Origin: Clostridia bacterium
GTDB taxonomy: Bacteria > Bacillota > Clostridia > UMGS1883 > UMGS1540
Length of the DNA stretch: 64,000 nucleotides
Direction of reading: 5' to 3'
NCBI GenBank assembly: GCA_045533905.1
Contig: JAZSIR010000001.1
Coordinates: 7,617 to 71,616, forward strand
In this document: positions 27,576-37,492 of the stretch, piece after piece
Layout: the number at the start of each line of letters is the position of its first letter
Position numbering within the stretch: position 1 is the stretch's first letter
Notes under the pieces: model-generated
Told to the model about the DNA's origin: nothing
Seen by the model: only the letters and a program-made list of their open reading frames with translations
Databases searched by the model: none
Position numbers and translations under genes: made by a program

Positions 27576-27616
27576 TTATTTCTCGATTTGCTTTTTTACG
27601 AGGCTTTCGCCGCAGT
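27576..27616. repeat. Direct repeat copy B. The actual 3' end of the acyl-CoA synthetase gene.
   Basis: See copy A. Confidence 0.7.
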
Positions 27617-29204
27617 ATTTTTCGCGGAGTTTCGGTTTTTCGATTTTGCCGGTGGGGTTGCGCGGTACATCGGCGAAGATGATGCGGCGCGGTCTTTTAT
27701 ATCGTGGAAGTGCCTGACAAAACGCTTCGATATCTGCTTCCGTGCAGGTGCTGCCGGGCTGCAGTTCGATAATGGCCGCGGCAATCTCGCCGAGTCTGTC
27801 ATCCGGAAGGCCGATAACGCCCACGTCCTTAATCTCGCGGTTTGTGCGGAGAAAATCTTCAATCTGCACAGGGTAGAGGTTTTCGCCGCCTGTGATGATA
27901 ACGTCTTTTTTGCGGTCTACGAGGAAAATGAAGCCATCCGCATCTTCCATGGCCATATCGCCTGTGTAGAGCCAGCCGTCGTGCAGTACCGCATTTGTGG
28001 CCACCTCATCGCGATAATAGCATTTCATAACGCCGGGGCCTTTTACTGCAAGTTCCCCCACTTCGCCACGAGAAACGGTGCTTCCGTTTTCGTCAATAAT
28101 CTTCGTTTCCCAAAGATGACCGGCAATACCGATGGCGCCCACCTTATGTATATTCTCTACGCCAAGATGTACACAGCCGGGGCCGATAGATTCGGAAAGC
28201 CCGTAATTGGTATCATATGCGTGATTCGGGAAACGCTCACGCCAGCGCTTTATAAGGCTCGGCGGTACCGGCTGTGCGCCGATATGCATGAGCCGCCAAG
28301 AAGCAAGGTCATATTCTTCTATATTGACATCGCCGCGGTCAATCGCATCGAGAATATCCTGCGCCCACGGCACGAGAAGCCATACGATAGATGCCTTTTC
28401 CTCGGAAGCGGCTTTTAAAATCCACTCCGGCTTTACGCCGCGAAGAAGCACTGCTTTGCCGCCGACCAGAAAGCTTCCGAACCAATGCATCTTCGCGCCG
28501 GTATGATACAGCGGCGGAATGCAGAGGAACACATCGTCCTTCGTTTGCCCGTGGTGTTTATTTTCCGTAATGCACGAGGATATGAGGCTTCTGTGTGCAT
28601 GCAAAATAGCCTTGGGGAAGCCTGTGGTGCCGGAAGAAAAGTAGATGGCCGCATCGTCCTCTTCCGAAAGCGGTGCATCCGTAAAGTCTGCACACATTTC
28701 GGGGAGGCGCCCGTTATAATCTACGGCAAAATCGGGTGTATCCTCACCCACAAAGATATATTGTTTCACGCCGGGCATATCGCCCTTGGCCGCGGTTACG
28801 CGTTCTGTAAACTCAGGGCCAAAGATCAAAACATCCACCTCAGCAAGACCCGAGCAATAGGAAATTTCATCTGCTGCATAGCGGAAATTCATAGGCACGG
28901 CCAGTGCGCCCGTTTTGAGAATACCAAAATAGATGGGAAGCCACTCGAGGCAGTTCATAAGAAGGATTGCAACCTTATCCCCCTTCTTGATGCCAAGCGC
29001 TGTGAGCATATTGGCAAAGCGGCAGGCGCTTTCGTCAAACTCGCGCCATGTGATTTCGCGGCGCCCTGCATTTTTTGCGGCCGCTTCCACTAGCTCAAAA
29101 TCGCGCCAAGCCTGCTTTTCACGCACCTCGGGGCTGATTTCTACAAGCGCCGCACAGCTACCGTACTTCCTTGCATTTTCTCTTAAAACCTCAGTAATAA
29201 CCAT
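27576..29204 (-). CDS. AMP-dependent acyl-CoA synthetase / long-chain fatty-acid-CoA ligase.
   Basis: AMP-binding motif YFSSGTTGFPKAILHAH, then YHTGAKMHWF, then GWLYTGD..VDRKKD. Start placed at the ATG with a GGAAGGA RBS (MVITEV); the ORF track begins 8 codons earlier. Confidence 0.8.
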   Translation of the reverse strand: MVITEVLRENARKYGSCAALVEISPEVREKQAWRDFELVEAAAKNAGRREITWREFDESACRFANMLTALGIKKGDKVAILLMNCLEWLPIYFGILKTGALAVPMNFRYAADEISYCSGLAEVDVLIFGPEFTERVTAAKGDMPGVKQYIFVGEDTPDFAVDYNGRLPEMCADFTDAPLSEEDDAAIYFSSGTTGFPKAILHAHRSLISSCITENKHHGQTKDDVFLCIPPLYHTGAKMHWFGSFLVGGKAVLLRGVKPEWILKAASEEKASIVWLLVPWAQDILDAIDRGDVNIEEYDLASWRLMHIGAQPVPPSLIKRWRERFPNHAYDTNYGLSESIGPGCVHLGVENIHKVGAIGIAGHLWETKIIDENGSTVSRGEVGELAVKGPGVMKCYYRDEVATNAVLHDGWLYTGDMAMEDADGFIFLVDRKKDVIITGGENLYPVQIEDFLRTNREIKDVGVIGLPDDRLGEIAAAIIELQPGSTCTEADIEAFCQALPRYKRPRRIIFADVPRNPTGKIEKPKLREKYCGESLVKKQIEK

Positions 29205-29348
29205 GTATACCGTCCTTCCGTACTGCATAATGTACTATTTATACAGTATACCGCAAAAAAAGGAGTTTGTAAATACCCAAAATTTCTTTTCGCATACTTT
29301 TTCTGTTTGTGCACAAGATAAGAAAAGTATATAAAAAGGAGAACCCCA

Positions 29349-30596
29349 ATGTCTCTCATCCGCATCCGTCCCACGGGGCCGCTTTCGGGCACTGTGCGCA
29401 TTGCCGGTGCCAAAAATGCGGCGCTCCCTATCCTTGCCGCAACGCTTTTAGCCTCTTCCCCCTGCACGCTCTATGAAATCCCGCCGCTCTCCGATGTGTA
29501 CAATATGCTGGAAATTATCAAAAAACTCGGCGCGGTATGTTTGCCTTCTTCAAAAGGGCTTCACATTGACACGCGCGGCGTGCAAAACCTCGAAGCCGCC
29601 TACACGGATACAAGCCGCCTTCGTGCCTCTTTTCTCATTGCGGGGCCGCTTCTTGCCAAGTACGGCCGCTTCAAAATTGCGCTTCCCGGCGGCTGTAAAA
29701 TCGGCACGCGCCCTATCGACCTCCATCTGAAAGGCTTTGCCGCGATGGGCGCGCAGCTTACACATACACACGGCTATATAGAAGCAGAAGCTGCCCGGCT
29801 TCGGGGCGCAAATATATATCTGGACTTCCCGAGTGTTGGGGCAACGGAAAACATCATGCTGGCCGCGTGCCTCGCTGACGGGCAGACCGTAATTGAAAAC
29901 GCGGCAGTGGAGCCGGAAATCACCGACCTTGCAACCTTTCTGTCCCGTATGGGTGCAGAGGTGCGCGGTGCCGGCACGGATACTGTCAAGATATGGGGAA
30001 AGCCTTCTCTGCACGCCGCCGAGCACACCATCATTCCCGACAGGATTGAGGCCGGCACCTTTATGGTGGCCGCGGCCATTACGGGAGGGCGGGTGGAACT
30101 TCGAAACATTGTGCCCGAGCATATAAAGCCGCTTTCGGCAAAGCTTCGTGAAATGGGCGTGCGGATTACGGAAAGTGAGACCTCCGCCCTTATAGAGGCC
30201 GGTGCGGAGCTTATACCCACCGATATCAAAACGCTTCCCTTCCCCGGTTTCCCCACGGACATGCAGTCCCAGCTTTGTGCGCTTATGAGTGTGGCGCAGG
30301 GCACGGGCATTATCACGGAAACGGTTTTTGAAAATCGTTTCATGCACGTAAACGAGCTTCGGCGTATGGGCGCCGACATTACTATTGAAGGGCGCGCCGC
30401 CATCGTGAAAGGAAGGGCGCATCTTATGGGTACGCGCGTGGCCGCCCCAGACCTTCGTGCCGGTGCGGCGCTTGTGCTTGCGGGCCTTGTGGCCGACGGC
30501 GAAACAGAAATCGAAGGTGCAGAATATATTGCGCGGGGGTACGCGCATTTCCCTGAGAAGCTCCGTGCGCTTGGAGCAGATATGCAGGCAAGATAA
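29349..30596 (+). CDS. murA: UDP-N-acetylglucosamine 1-carboxyvinyltransferase.
   Basis: 415-aa EPSP-synthase-fold protein with N-terminus LIRIRPTGPLSGTVRIAGAKNAALPILAATLL and a C-terminal D..RAGAALVLAGL region. Confidence 0.9.
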   Translation: MSLIRIRPTGPLSGTVRIAGAKNAALPILAATLLASSPCTLYEIPPLSDVYNMLEIIKKLGAVCLPSSKGLHIDTRGVQNLEAAYTDTSRLRASFLIAGPLLAKYGRFKIALPGGCKIGTRPIDLHLKGFAAMGAQLTHTHGYIEAEAARLRGANIYLDFPSVGATENIMLAACLADGQTVIENAAVEPEITDLATFLSRMGAEVRGAGTDTVKIWGKPSLHAAEHTIIPDRIEAGTFMVAAAITGGRVELRNIVPEHIKPLSAKLREMGVRITESETSALIEAGAELIPTDIKTLPFPGFPTDMQSQLCALMSVAQGTGIITETVFENRFMHVNELRRMGADITIEGRAAIVKGRAHLMGTRVAAPDLRAGAALVLAGLVADGETEIEGAEYIARGYAHFPEKLRALGADMQAR

Positions 30597-30630
30597 AAGA
30601 GACATACCAAACGGTATGTCTCTTTTTTAC
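30597..30630. terminator. Bidirectional rho-independent terminator.
   Basis: agagacatacc-aaac-ggtatgtctct stem followed by TTTTTT. Confidence 0.75.
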
Positions 30631-31115
30631 GCGGTTTTATGAAAGTGCTTACAAATTTTTCTTCCAAGCGTTACAAGTGTAATGCTGAAAAGCGCGCCTG
30701 CCGTATCGATGCAGACATCAAAAAATTCACAGCTTCGGCCTTTGACAAAGTTCTGGTGTACCTCATCACTCACCGCATACAAAACACAGATGAGAAGTGC
30801 CCAAAGCCACACGCCTTTTTTGTTCCGGAAGGAAATGGCGGTGCAGAGGGCAAAAATACCCAGTACAAAATAAAGACAGAAGTGCGCCGTTTTTCGCACG
30901 ATGCGCGTCATAAGTGACTGCGTTTTCGGCTTGTTTGTGTCGAGCTTCGGGAATACCTTTTTCACCACCGCTTCCACCTTCTTTTGTACGGCGCCGCTTA
31001 CGGCAGATGACTTTTTCGCCGGCTGTGCGGAAAAGAAAAAAATCACGCCCATCCAGAGGCACAAAAGCACGAGGCTCAGTATTCTTTTAAACACCAGAAG
31101 TTCTCCTTTCCACAA
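30627..31115 (-). CDS. VanZ-like family membrane protein.
   Basis: Motifs KTAHFCLYFVLG and DEVHQNFVKGRS. Four TM segments. Confidence 0.55.
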   Translation of the reverse strand: MWKGELLVFKRILSLVLLCLWMGVIFFFSAQPAKKSSAVSGAVQKKVEAVVKKVFPKLDTNKPKTQSLMTRIVRKTAHFCLYFVLGIFALCTAISFRNKKGVWLWALLICVLYAVSDEVHQNFVKGRSCEFFDVCIDTAGALFSITLVTLGRKICKHFHKTA

Positions 31116-31154
31116 ATGACATTGGCGGGGCGTTTTTGCCCCGCCAAGCCTTTC

Positions 31155-34079
31155 CTAGTAACGGAAAATGATAATTGCCTTTACATTGTAGGAACCTGTG
31201 TAGTAGACCAGAATCTGCGATGCAGAATCTGCATTGTTTGTAATTGAATACGGCTGAATGTTGCCCTCAAGGCTTACATCCATCTGTACCTTCATATCGT
31301 CCTTCACGGCCGTATAGTCATACAGGAACACTTTGGCATTCTTGACATTATCAAAGAGGAACTCGTCTACTCTCTGGATACCGCCTTCGTCCTCTTTGAT
31401 GGTCGGAACCAGCGACAGGGACATCTGCCCGTTTTCTTCCTTTTCGAAGCCCATCGCCGTGCCGAACAAGAAGCCGCCTGCTGTCGCAGAATCTAACACT
31501 GTATCTACTTTGAAGATTCGTGCCTCTTTTGCGGCTTTTGCCACCTCTTCAAGTTCGCCACGAAGCGGCGTGGAAACCTCAACGCCATCGCAGTTGAACA
31601 CGGTTGCTTTCGTTGTGCCAAAATCTATGAGCTGCTGCGTATCGCTGACTTCGCCATCTGCGACTGCATACCGGAACATATCGCCTTGCTGATACTTACC
31701 GCGGAGCATTTCCTCTTTGGTGCTGCGGACATCCACTGCCGAACCGCCGGGGAATGTAAGACCTGAAACCCTATCCATAATTTCTGCAGTTTCATCGTCA
31801 CGCACGCTGGAAACCTCTGTTGCAATCATAATGGGCGATTTCGTGTTAATAGCTGCGCTACCCGCAAAAATACCGCCCGAGTAGGAAATGGCATACTTTG
31901 CGATTTTCGTACTGCCGACATTAAACGCTTCCATCTGATATTTCGTATTGCTCGTAAAGGAATTCCGGATGAAATATTTGGAGGTGTCTGTAACATCCAT
32001 CGGGATTTCCAGAACCTTGGTGGAAGAGTTTGCAATAAAGGCTACCTTCCCCTGCCCGTTTTCAAAACGGCCACTCGTGGTGTGCTTCAGTACATTTTCT
32101 CCATCCTGCTCTACCGTGTTATCCTGCGGATAGGAAACATCCAGAGAAAGGTCGGAGGAATTCTTCTTATTGAGAATCGTATCAATCGTGTCAATCTTTC
32201 CTGCAGAAGTTTTACTGTAACGAATCATCTGCGAATACGGCGTGACCATAATGCCGGCTTCCGCTTTTCCCTCGTTGTAAATGGTGGCCGCATCTTCCAG
32301 AGCCTTTAAGGCATCTGCAGGTTCGCGATACAGCTCGCCGTCAATCGTTACAGGGTCAGCAAGTACCATCGTCTGGCGCTTGGTTGTGCCCGTGATACCG
32401 TAGAAGGTAGCATATACGCTTCCGCTTTTGCCGGCTTCCTTATCCGCATCAATGAGAAATGCAAGATACGTTGTACTTTGCGCTGTGGACACGGTTGCCG
32501 CAGCGATTTTGCCTTCCATATCAAGGTATACGGAAACCTGTTCGCCAAGCTTCATTTCCGGCTTTGTGCCCGTATAGCGGGCATAGTTATCAGCAATAGC
32601 ATAATAGGCATTTCCGATTTTTCTTCTGCCGTCTCCGTCGACTTCCGTGATTTTGCCGGTGACTTTTTTCGTGGAAACAACGCCATTCCAAATGCCCTTG
32701 CCTTCTGCCGTGGGCTTGGAGCGCATAACGCTAATAACATTCCACTGAGAGAGCGAATTAATGATAGCTTCGGGCGTATCGGTGTTTCCCTGCTTTGTCA
32801 GCGAAAAATGTACGCCGGAATTTTTATAAGGGATCTCGAGTGTGCCCGCGTTGTACTTTCCGTACACCTTCGGCGGGTTCATATTCTTATCCGCGCTGTT
32901 CACTACGAAGTTTTCGTACTCGGTTACGAAGGCTACTTCGGCATCGCCGTCACCATCGTTACAAATAAGTTCCACGATTGCGGAGCCAAGGTCACCGAAG
33001 TCATCCGTATCATACGTAGCATCGTGCTTGCCGTTATAAATAACCTCTACATCTTCAATCCCCATTTTCTGGGCTCGTCCGCCTTTTTCGGCATAGTAGG
33101 TGACGATTCCGTCAGAAACGGTCTCGATCATATCCGATGTGAGCCTTACCTCTTCCGTTTTGGTTATGGTAATCTGGGATATTTCAAGGGTATCATCCAT
33201 GCCCGGTTCTACATAAGCACTGATTTTTCTGCCGAGGATGGACATTGTATCATACCCTTCGGGTACATTATAAAGTTTTTCTTCGCCTTTGACTTCTACC
33301 AGAATGCGATCTTTGGCAAGGCTTGTATCCCCGCCGTAAATACCGGTCTGCGGTACGCCCGTAACAATACCGGTGATCTGTTCTTTGCCTTGGAACTTAT
33401 CGAGGGCTGTCTGCGAGTCCGAAATAATATTGCCATCGGCATCTGTTTCTATAATTTCAACGCGCAGGCAGTTGTTTGTGAGAATCGCAACTGTGCCACG
33501 GGAGGCATAGTCCTCCACATTATTGACGGAAGCGTTCTTCAGAATGCCCTGTTCAGCCGCCACGGCCATATAGCCCGAATACCACGGGGCGCCCGGTGCC
33601 GTGCGGCGTTGTGCCATATCTCCATAACCCAGGGAGCAGACAAGCATCTTTACGATTTCCGTATATCTGACGGGTGCATCCGGTTGGAATGTGCCGTCGG
33701 TATAGCCGTTTACAATCTTCTGGTCTGCCGCAAGCTTAATGTACTTTTTGGCCCAGTGCGCTGCATCGTCCACATCCGGGAATCCGGAGGGAACTGTATC
33801 GAATGCAATGCTCTCCTGCCCGAGGAAAGAAATGATGATTTTGGAAACCTCGCCGCGCGTAATGGTGTTATCCGCGCGGAAGGTACCATCCTCGTACCCG
33901 TTGATAATGCCGAGCTTGACAAGCTCTGTAACAGCCTTTCCCACCGTGCTGCCGGCATCAATGTCTGTAAGATTTACCGCGCCCGTCGCCGTTTCTTCCG
34001 CAAAAACACCGAGAGGCACAAGCGAAAACAGCATCAAAACGCTCATAAGTGCCGCTAAAATTCTTTTTCGAATCTGCAT
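31155..34079 (-). CDS. S-layer-homology (SLH) domain surface protein of 974 aa.
   Basis: Signal peptide, then three N-terminal SLH repeats (FTDIDAGSTVGKAVTELVKLGIINGYEDGTFRADNTITRGEVSKI; FPDVDDAAHWAKKYIKLAA..), then a large beta-rich region. Confidence 0.7.
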   Translation of the reverse strand: MQIRKRILAALMSVLMLFSLVPLGVFAEETATGAVNLTDIDAGSTVGKAVTELVKLGIINGYEDGTFRADNTITRGEVSKIIISFLGQESIAFDTVPSGFPDVDDAAHWAKKYIKLAADQKIVNGYTDGTFQPDAPVRYTEIVKMLVCSLGYGDMAQRRTAPGAPWYSGYMAVAAEQGILKNASVNNVEDYASRGTVAILTNNCLRVEIIETDADGNIISDSQTALDKFQGKEQITGIVTGVPQTGIYGGDTSLAKDRILVEVKGEEKLYNVPEGYDTMSILGRKISAYVEPGMDDTLEISQITITKTEEVRLTSDMIETVSDGIVTYYAEKGGRAQKMGIEDVEVIYNGKHDATYDTDDFGDLGSAIVELICNDGDGDAEVAFVTEYENFVVNSADKNMNPPKVYGKYNAGTLEIPYKNSGVHFSLTKQGNTDTPEAIINSLSQWNVISVMRSKPTAEGKGIWNGVVSTKKVTGKITEVDGDGRRKIGNAYYAIADNYARYTGTKPEMKLGEQVSVYLDMEGKIAAATVSTAQSTTYLAFLIDADKEAGKSGSVYATFYGITGTTKRQTMVLADPVTIDGELYREPADALKALEDAATIYNEGKAEAGIMVTPYSQMIRYSKTSAGKIDTIDTILNKKNSSDLSLDVSYPQDNTVEQDGENVLKHTTSGRFENGQGKVAFIANSSTKVLEIPMDVTDTSKYFIRNSFTSNTKYQMEAFNVGSTKIAKYAISYSGGIFAGSAAINTKSPIMIATEVSSVRDDETAEIMDRVSGLTFPGGSAVDVRSTKEEMLRGKYQQGDMFRYAVADGEVSDTQQLIDFGTTKATVFNCDGVEVSTPLRGELEEVAKAAKEARIFKVDTVLDSATAGGFLFGTAMGFEKEENGQMSLSLVPTIKEDEGGIQRVDEFLFDNVKNAKVFLYDYTAVKDDMKVQMDVSLEGNIQPYSITNNADSASQILVYYTGSYNVKAIIIFRY

Positions 34080-34162
34080 AGGAAGTTCCTCCTTTTCCTG
34101 CTTTAAGCGTATTTCTATTGTACCATTTTATCCCCCGAAAAGTCAACAACTATTTCGAAGTA

Positions 34163-34945
34163 TTATTCTTCCACGTTTGCCTTTTTCCGTGCGCGATAGA
34201 GGAATATGCCGCCTATCACAAGGACGAGTGAAAAAACCTGCGAAATGCGGAGATTTCCGAGCCAGAGGCTGTCCGCCCGCAGTCCTTCAATGAAGAAGCG
34301 CCCAATCCCGTAGCCGACCATATAAAGACTTGCGGCGCGCCCTTCGAAGCCACGCTTTTTCCGCGTAAACCACAAAAAGAGGAAAAGAGCAAGATTCCAA
34401 AGGGATTCATACAAAAATGTAGGATGTACCGCTTTGCCGTCTACAAGCATACGCCACGGAAGATTCGTAATTTCGCCGTATGCTTCGGCGTTGACGAAAT
34501 TCCCCCATCTGCCGATGCACTGCCCGATAAGGAATCCGTATGCACCGATATCGAGAAATTTCCAGACCGGCAGTTTATGTTTTTTCGTATAGCAAATGCC
34601 TGCAAGTAAGGCCCCGATGACACCGCCGTAAATGGCGATGCCGCCCTCCCATATGTAAAACACAGACAAAAGGTTGTCCTTATACTCCGAAAAAGAAAAG
34701 AGAACGTAATAAAGGCGGGCGCCCACAATGGCCGCAGGAAGCCCCCACAAAACCATATTATAAAGATGGTCGGGGTCCTCACCGAGACGCTTTGTTTCTC
34801 TTGTCCCGATCAAAAGTGCCGCAATAATGCCGAGCATAATAATAAGCGCATACCAGCGGATGCCCCCGCTTCCAAACGGAAGCGGTATGGCAATCTCATG
34901 TAGTGTGAAGGAAAGGCCGAGGCCCGGGAATGCTATCTTATTCAT
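34163..34945 (-). CDS. lgt: Prolipoprotein diacylglyceryl transferase.
   Basis: Lgt signature YGGVIGA and GRWGNFVNAEAYG. 260 aa. Confidence 0.9.
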   Translation of the reverse strand: MNKIAFPGLGLSFTLHEIAIPLPFGSGGIRWYALIIMLGIIAALLIGTRETKRLGEDPDHLYNMVLWGLPAAIVGARLYYVLFSFSEYKDNLLSVFYIWEGGIAIYGGVIGALLAGICYTKKHKLPVWKFLDIGAYGFLIGQCIGRWGNFVNAEAYGEITNLPWRMLVDGKAVHPTFLYESLWNLALFLFLWFTRKKRGFEGRAASLYMVGYGIGRFFIEGLRADSLWLGNLRISQVFSLVLVIGGIFLYRARKKANVEE

Positions 34946-36209
34946 TTTCTTCCCCTCCCTTTTTCGGTTTTACAACGGAAAGGACGCATTTTGAAGCTGC
35001 AAGTCCGCCGCCGAGTGCCGCGGTTACATCTGAAAGCGTAAGCGCGCGCAAAACATCAGGGTAAGAGAGAAAATCGCCGCCGCGAAAGGCCATCGGCACA
35101 AAATTGTGCGCAATTTTCTCGGTGCTGTCCATCATACGGATCACGGTGCCCAAAGCGTTCTTTCTTGCTCTTTCAAATTCCGCCTCTCCGATGCCTTCTC
35201 TGCGCACCTTTTCCACGCGGTCTAAAATCCTGTCACGAACAACACGCGGGTTTTCGCTTTCCCCTTCTATTGCCAAAAATGCATACCCGCGCCCTGCGCT
35301 ATAGCCGCAGGAAACATCTTCGCCGATGAGGCCTTCGCCGTAAAGCTCTTTGAAAAGAGAGGTGCTTTTGCCGAAAAGGATGGACCCGAGCACTTCATAC
35401 ACGGCATCTGCAAAAACGGGGTCTTCCATAGGTTTCTCCTTAAAGCATACGGAAAACATCGGGCGCGAAACCATAAATTCGGCTTCCACTTCCGCTTTTA
35501 CAATTTCCTCGCCTTCTTCCGGAAGGCTCCACTCAAGAGCTGGCGAGCGTCTTTCTGCCGCCGTCTCCTCTACAACCTTCTGCACTTTTTCCGGTTCTAC
35601 ATCACCCGCAACGAATAAAATCATATTTTCGGGTGCATAGAACGCGTTATAGCACTGATACAAAAGTGTTTTATCGATTTTGGCGATGGATTCCTGATCG
35701 CCTGCAATATCAATCCGAATGGGATGGGTGCTGTACATTGCGCGAAGTGCCGAGAAAAAGCAGTTCCACGCCGGATCATCGCGGTACATATCAATTTCCT
35801 GCCCGATGATACCCTTTTCCTTTTCTACATTTTCTTCCGTAAAATACGGATTTTGCACAAACCGAATCAGAACCGAAAGTGCCTCGTACACATTCGAGGT
35901 GGCGGAGAAGAGATATCCCGTCATATCAAACGACGTGTATGCATTGGCAGAGGCGCCAAGTGCCGAGAATTTCTCAAATACATTCCCCTCTTCCTCTTCA
36001 AAGAGCTTATGCTCCAGAAAATGTGCTACACCGTCCGGCACGCGGATTTTTACGCTGTCCGCCGTAAAGGCAGTGTTGACAGAGCCGAAATCTGCCGCAA
36101 AAAGAGCAAAGCTCTTTCCAAATCCTTTTTTGGGAAGCACAAAGACGCGAAGACCGCTTTTATGCTTGAAATCATACAGTGTTTCACCGATGGAAGGATA
36201 TGTTTTCAT
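34938..36209 (-). CDS. M16-family zinc peptidase (pitrilysin-like), catalytic subunit.
   Basis: Inverted zinc motif HFLEH..E (GVAHFLEHKLFEEEE). Paired with the downstream M16 partner gene. Confidence 0.75.
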   Translation of the reverse strand: MKTYPSIGETLYDFKHKSGLRVFVLPKKGFGKSFALFAADFGSVNTAFTADSVKIRVPDGVAHFLEHKLFEEEEGNVFEKFSALGASANAYTSFDMTGYLFSATSNVYEALSVLIRFVQNPYFTEENVEKEKGIIGQEIDMYRDDPAWNCFFSALRAMYSTHPIRIDIAGDQESIAKIDKTLLYQCYNAFYAPENMILFVAGDVEPEKVQKVVEETAAERRSPALEWSLPEEGEEIVKAEVEAEFMVSRPMFSVCFKEKPMEDPVFADAVYEVLGSILFGKSTSLFKELYGEGLIGEDVSCGYSAGRGYAFLAIEGESENPRVVRDRILDRVEKVRREGIGEAEFERARKNALGTVIRMMDSTEKIAHNFVPMAFRGGDFLSYPDVLRALTLSDVTAALGGGLAASKCVLSVVKPKKGGEENE

Positions 36210-37492
36210 ACTTCTTTCCCTCCTTTTCCGTTTAAGAAGTAAACCGTATCCATAAAAATGCGCCCGGCAACTGCCGCAACGTCTTCCTTTCTGACTGCCA
36301 GAATCTTATCAATGACGCGGTCAATTTCTATAATATCACCAAACGGGAGCTGACGGCGGTGGTATCCCATAAGCTGGGAGGGCGAATCCTTGCAGGCGCG
36401 AAGATCCGAGATGGCACCCTGCACCGCGCCCGAAAATTCCGCATCGGTAATATTTCCCTTTCGGATTTCCGCTTCTTCCGCGCGGATAGCTTCCAGCGCC
36501 ACGGCGTACTTCGAAAAAGAAATGCCCGACTGCACAAACATAAGCCCCTTGGCGCGTTCAAGCCCCGAGGATGCATAATAGCAAAGGCTCATCTTCTCGC
36601 GCACGTTATTGAAAAGCTTTGAGGCGGTGCCGCCGCCGAACACGCGGTTATACAGCATCAGGGCATACATGTCGTCCGAAGAAGGGTCCACATCCACACG
36701 GTAGCCGATAACGAGTTTTCCCTGGAGAACCGCTTCCTTGTCCTCCACATAGCGGACTTCGTCTGCAGTCTTTCGCAGTGCTCCCGGGTATTCTGCGCTT
36801 CGCGCACCCAGCTTTTCGGCAAGGCGTTCTGCGCCACTGCGAGCCGCCGCTTCCTCAAAATTGCCGGACACAAAAATATCTACGCGAGCCGAAGAGAGCA
36901 TCTCGCGGTATATCTGATAAGCGCTTTCAGGGGTGATGCGCGGCAGGTCCTCCTCCCGCCCGTCAGCACGGATAGCATACGGCTCCCCTTTACACATTTC
37001 CTCGGCGCAGCGAACGAGGGCATACCGTCTTTTATCGTTCACAATGCCACGAATATCTTCCAAAAGCGCCTCTTTTTCACGGGTTAACACTGCCGCATCA
37101 AACCCCTCGCCTTCGGTGCGGGGGGAAAGAATGATATCGGAAAGCAGGTTTTGCATCTTTTCAAAAAGCGGTTCGCCTGCATAGGCATCGGCGATGGAAT
37201 CGGCTACAAAATACACCGTCTGCATTTCGCCCGATTTTTCTACGCCTGTATGCAGTTTCGTACCGTACAGCTCCTCGAGGTACAGATGAAGCGCCGACCG
37301 ATCAGAAAATTTCGAGTTGCCCGCCGTCAGCATTTTCGGCAAAAGTGCAAGCGCGGTTGCCTTTTCTTCTGCGAGCGGCATATGAAAATAGATGCCGATA
37401 ACACTGTTTTTGAACTTTTTGTCCGGCAGCATACAAAGCGTTATTCCGTTTTTAAGTGTTCGTTTTTGTATATCCACAGAGCTTCCTCCCAT
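36206..37492 (-). CDS. M16-family peptidase partner subunit, non-catalytic (no HxxEH).
   Basis: Homologous N-domain (TLKNGITLCMLPDKKFKNSVIGIYF versus SGLRVFVLPKKGFGKSFALFA of the neighbour). The start is uncertain (ATG 37492 or GTG 37477), and either overlaps the 3' end of cca. Confidence 0.65.
   Translation of the reverse strand: MGGSSVDIQKRTLKNGITLCMLPDKKFKNSVIGIYFHMPLAEEKATALALLPKMLTAGNSKFSDRSALHLYLEELYGTKLHTGVEKSGEMQTVYFVADSIADAYAGEPLFEKMQNLLSDIILSPRTEGEGFDAAVLTREKEALLEDIRGIVNDKRRYALVRCAEEMCKGEPYAIRADGREEDLPRITPESAYQIYREMLSSARVDIFVSGNFEEAAARSGAERLAEKLGARSAEYPGALRKTADEVRYVEDKEAVLQGKLVIGYRVDVDPSSDDMYALMLYNRVFGGGTASKLFNNVREKMSLCYYASSGLERAKGLMFVQSGISFSKYAVALEAIRAEEAEIRKGNITDAEFSGAVQGAISDLRACKDSPSQLMGYHRRQLPFGDIIEIDRVIDKILAVRKEDVAAVAGRIFMDTVYFLNGKGGKEV

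Noticed and set aside
27549-28418. 289-aa plus-strand ORF starting MKPRFH, and other ORFs antisense to the synthetase (28485..29093)
   Set aside because: They overlap the acyl-CoA synthetase gene, which has clear AMP-binding motifs. The shared MKPRFH start is explained by the 18-bp palindrome at the junction.
29550-30667. Two long minus-strand ORFs (351 and 297 aa)
   Set aside because: They are antisense to murA, which is confidently identified. They are high-GC open-frame artefacts.
32478-34058. 526-aa plus-strand ORF
   Set aside because: Entirely antisense to the well-supported SLH protein gene 31155..34079. It has a Cys/Arg/His-rich, low-complexity composition with no motifs. It is an artefact of an open frame opposite a long gene.
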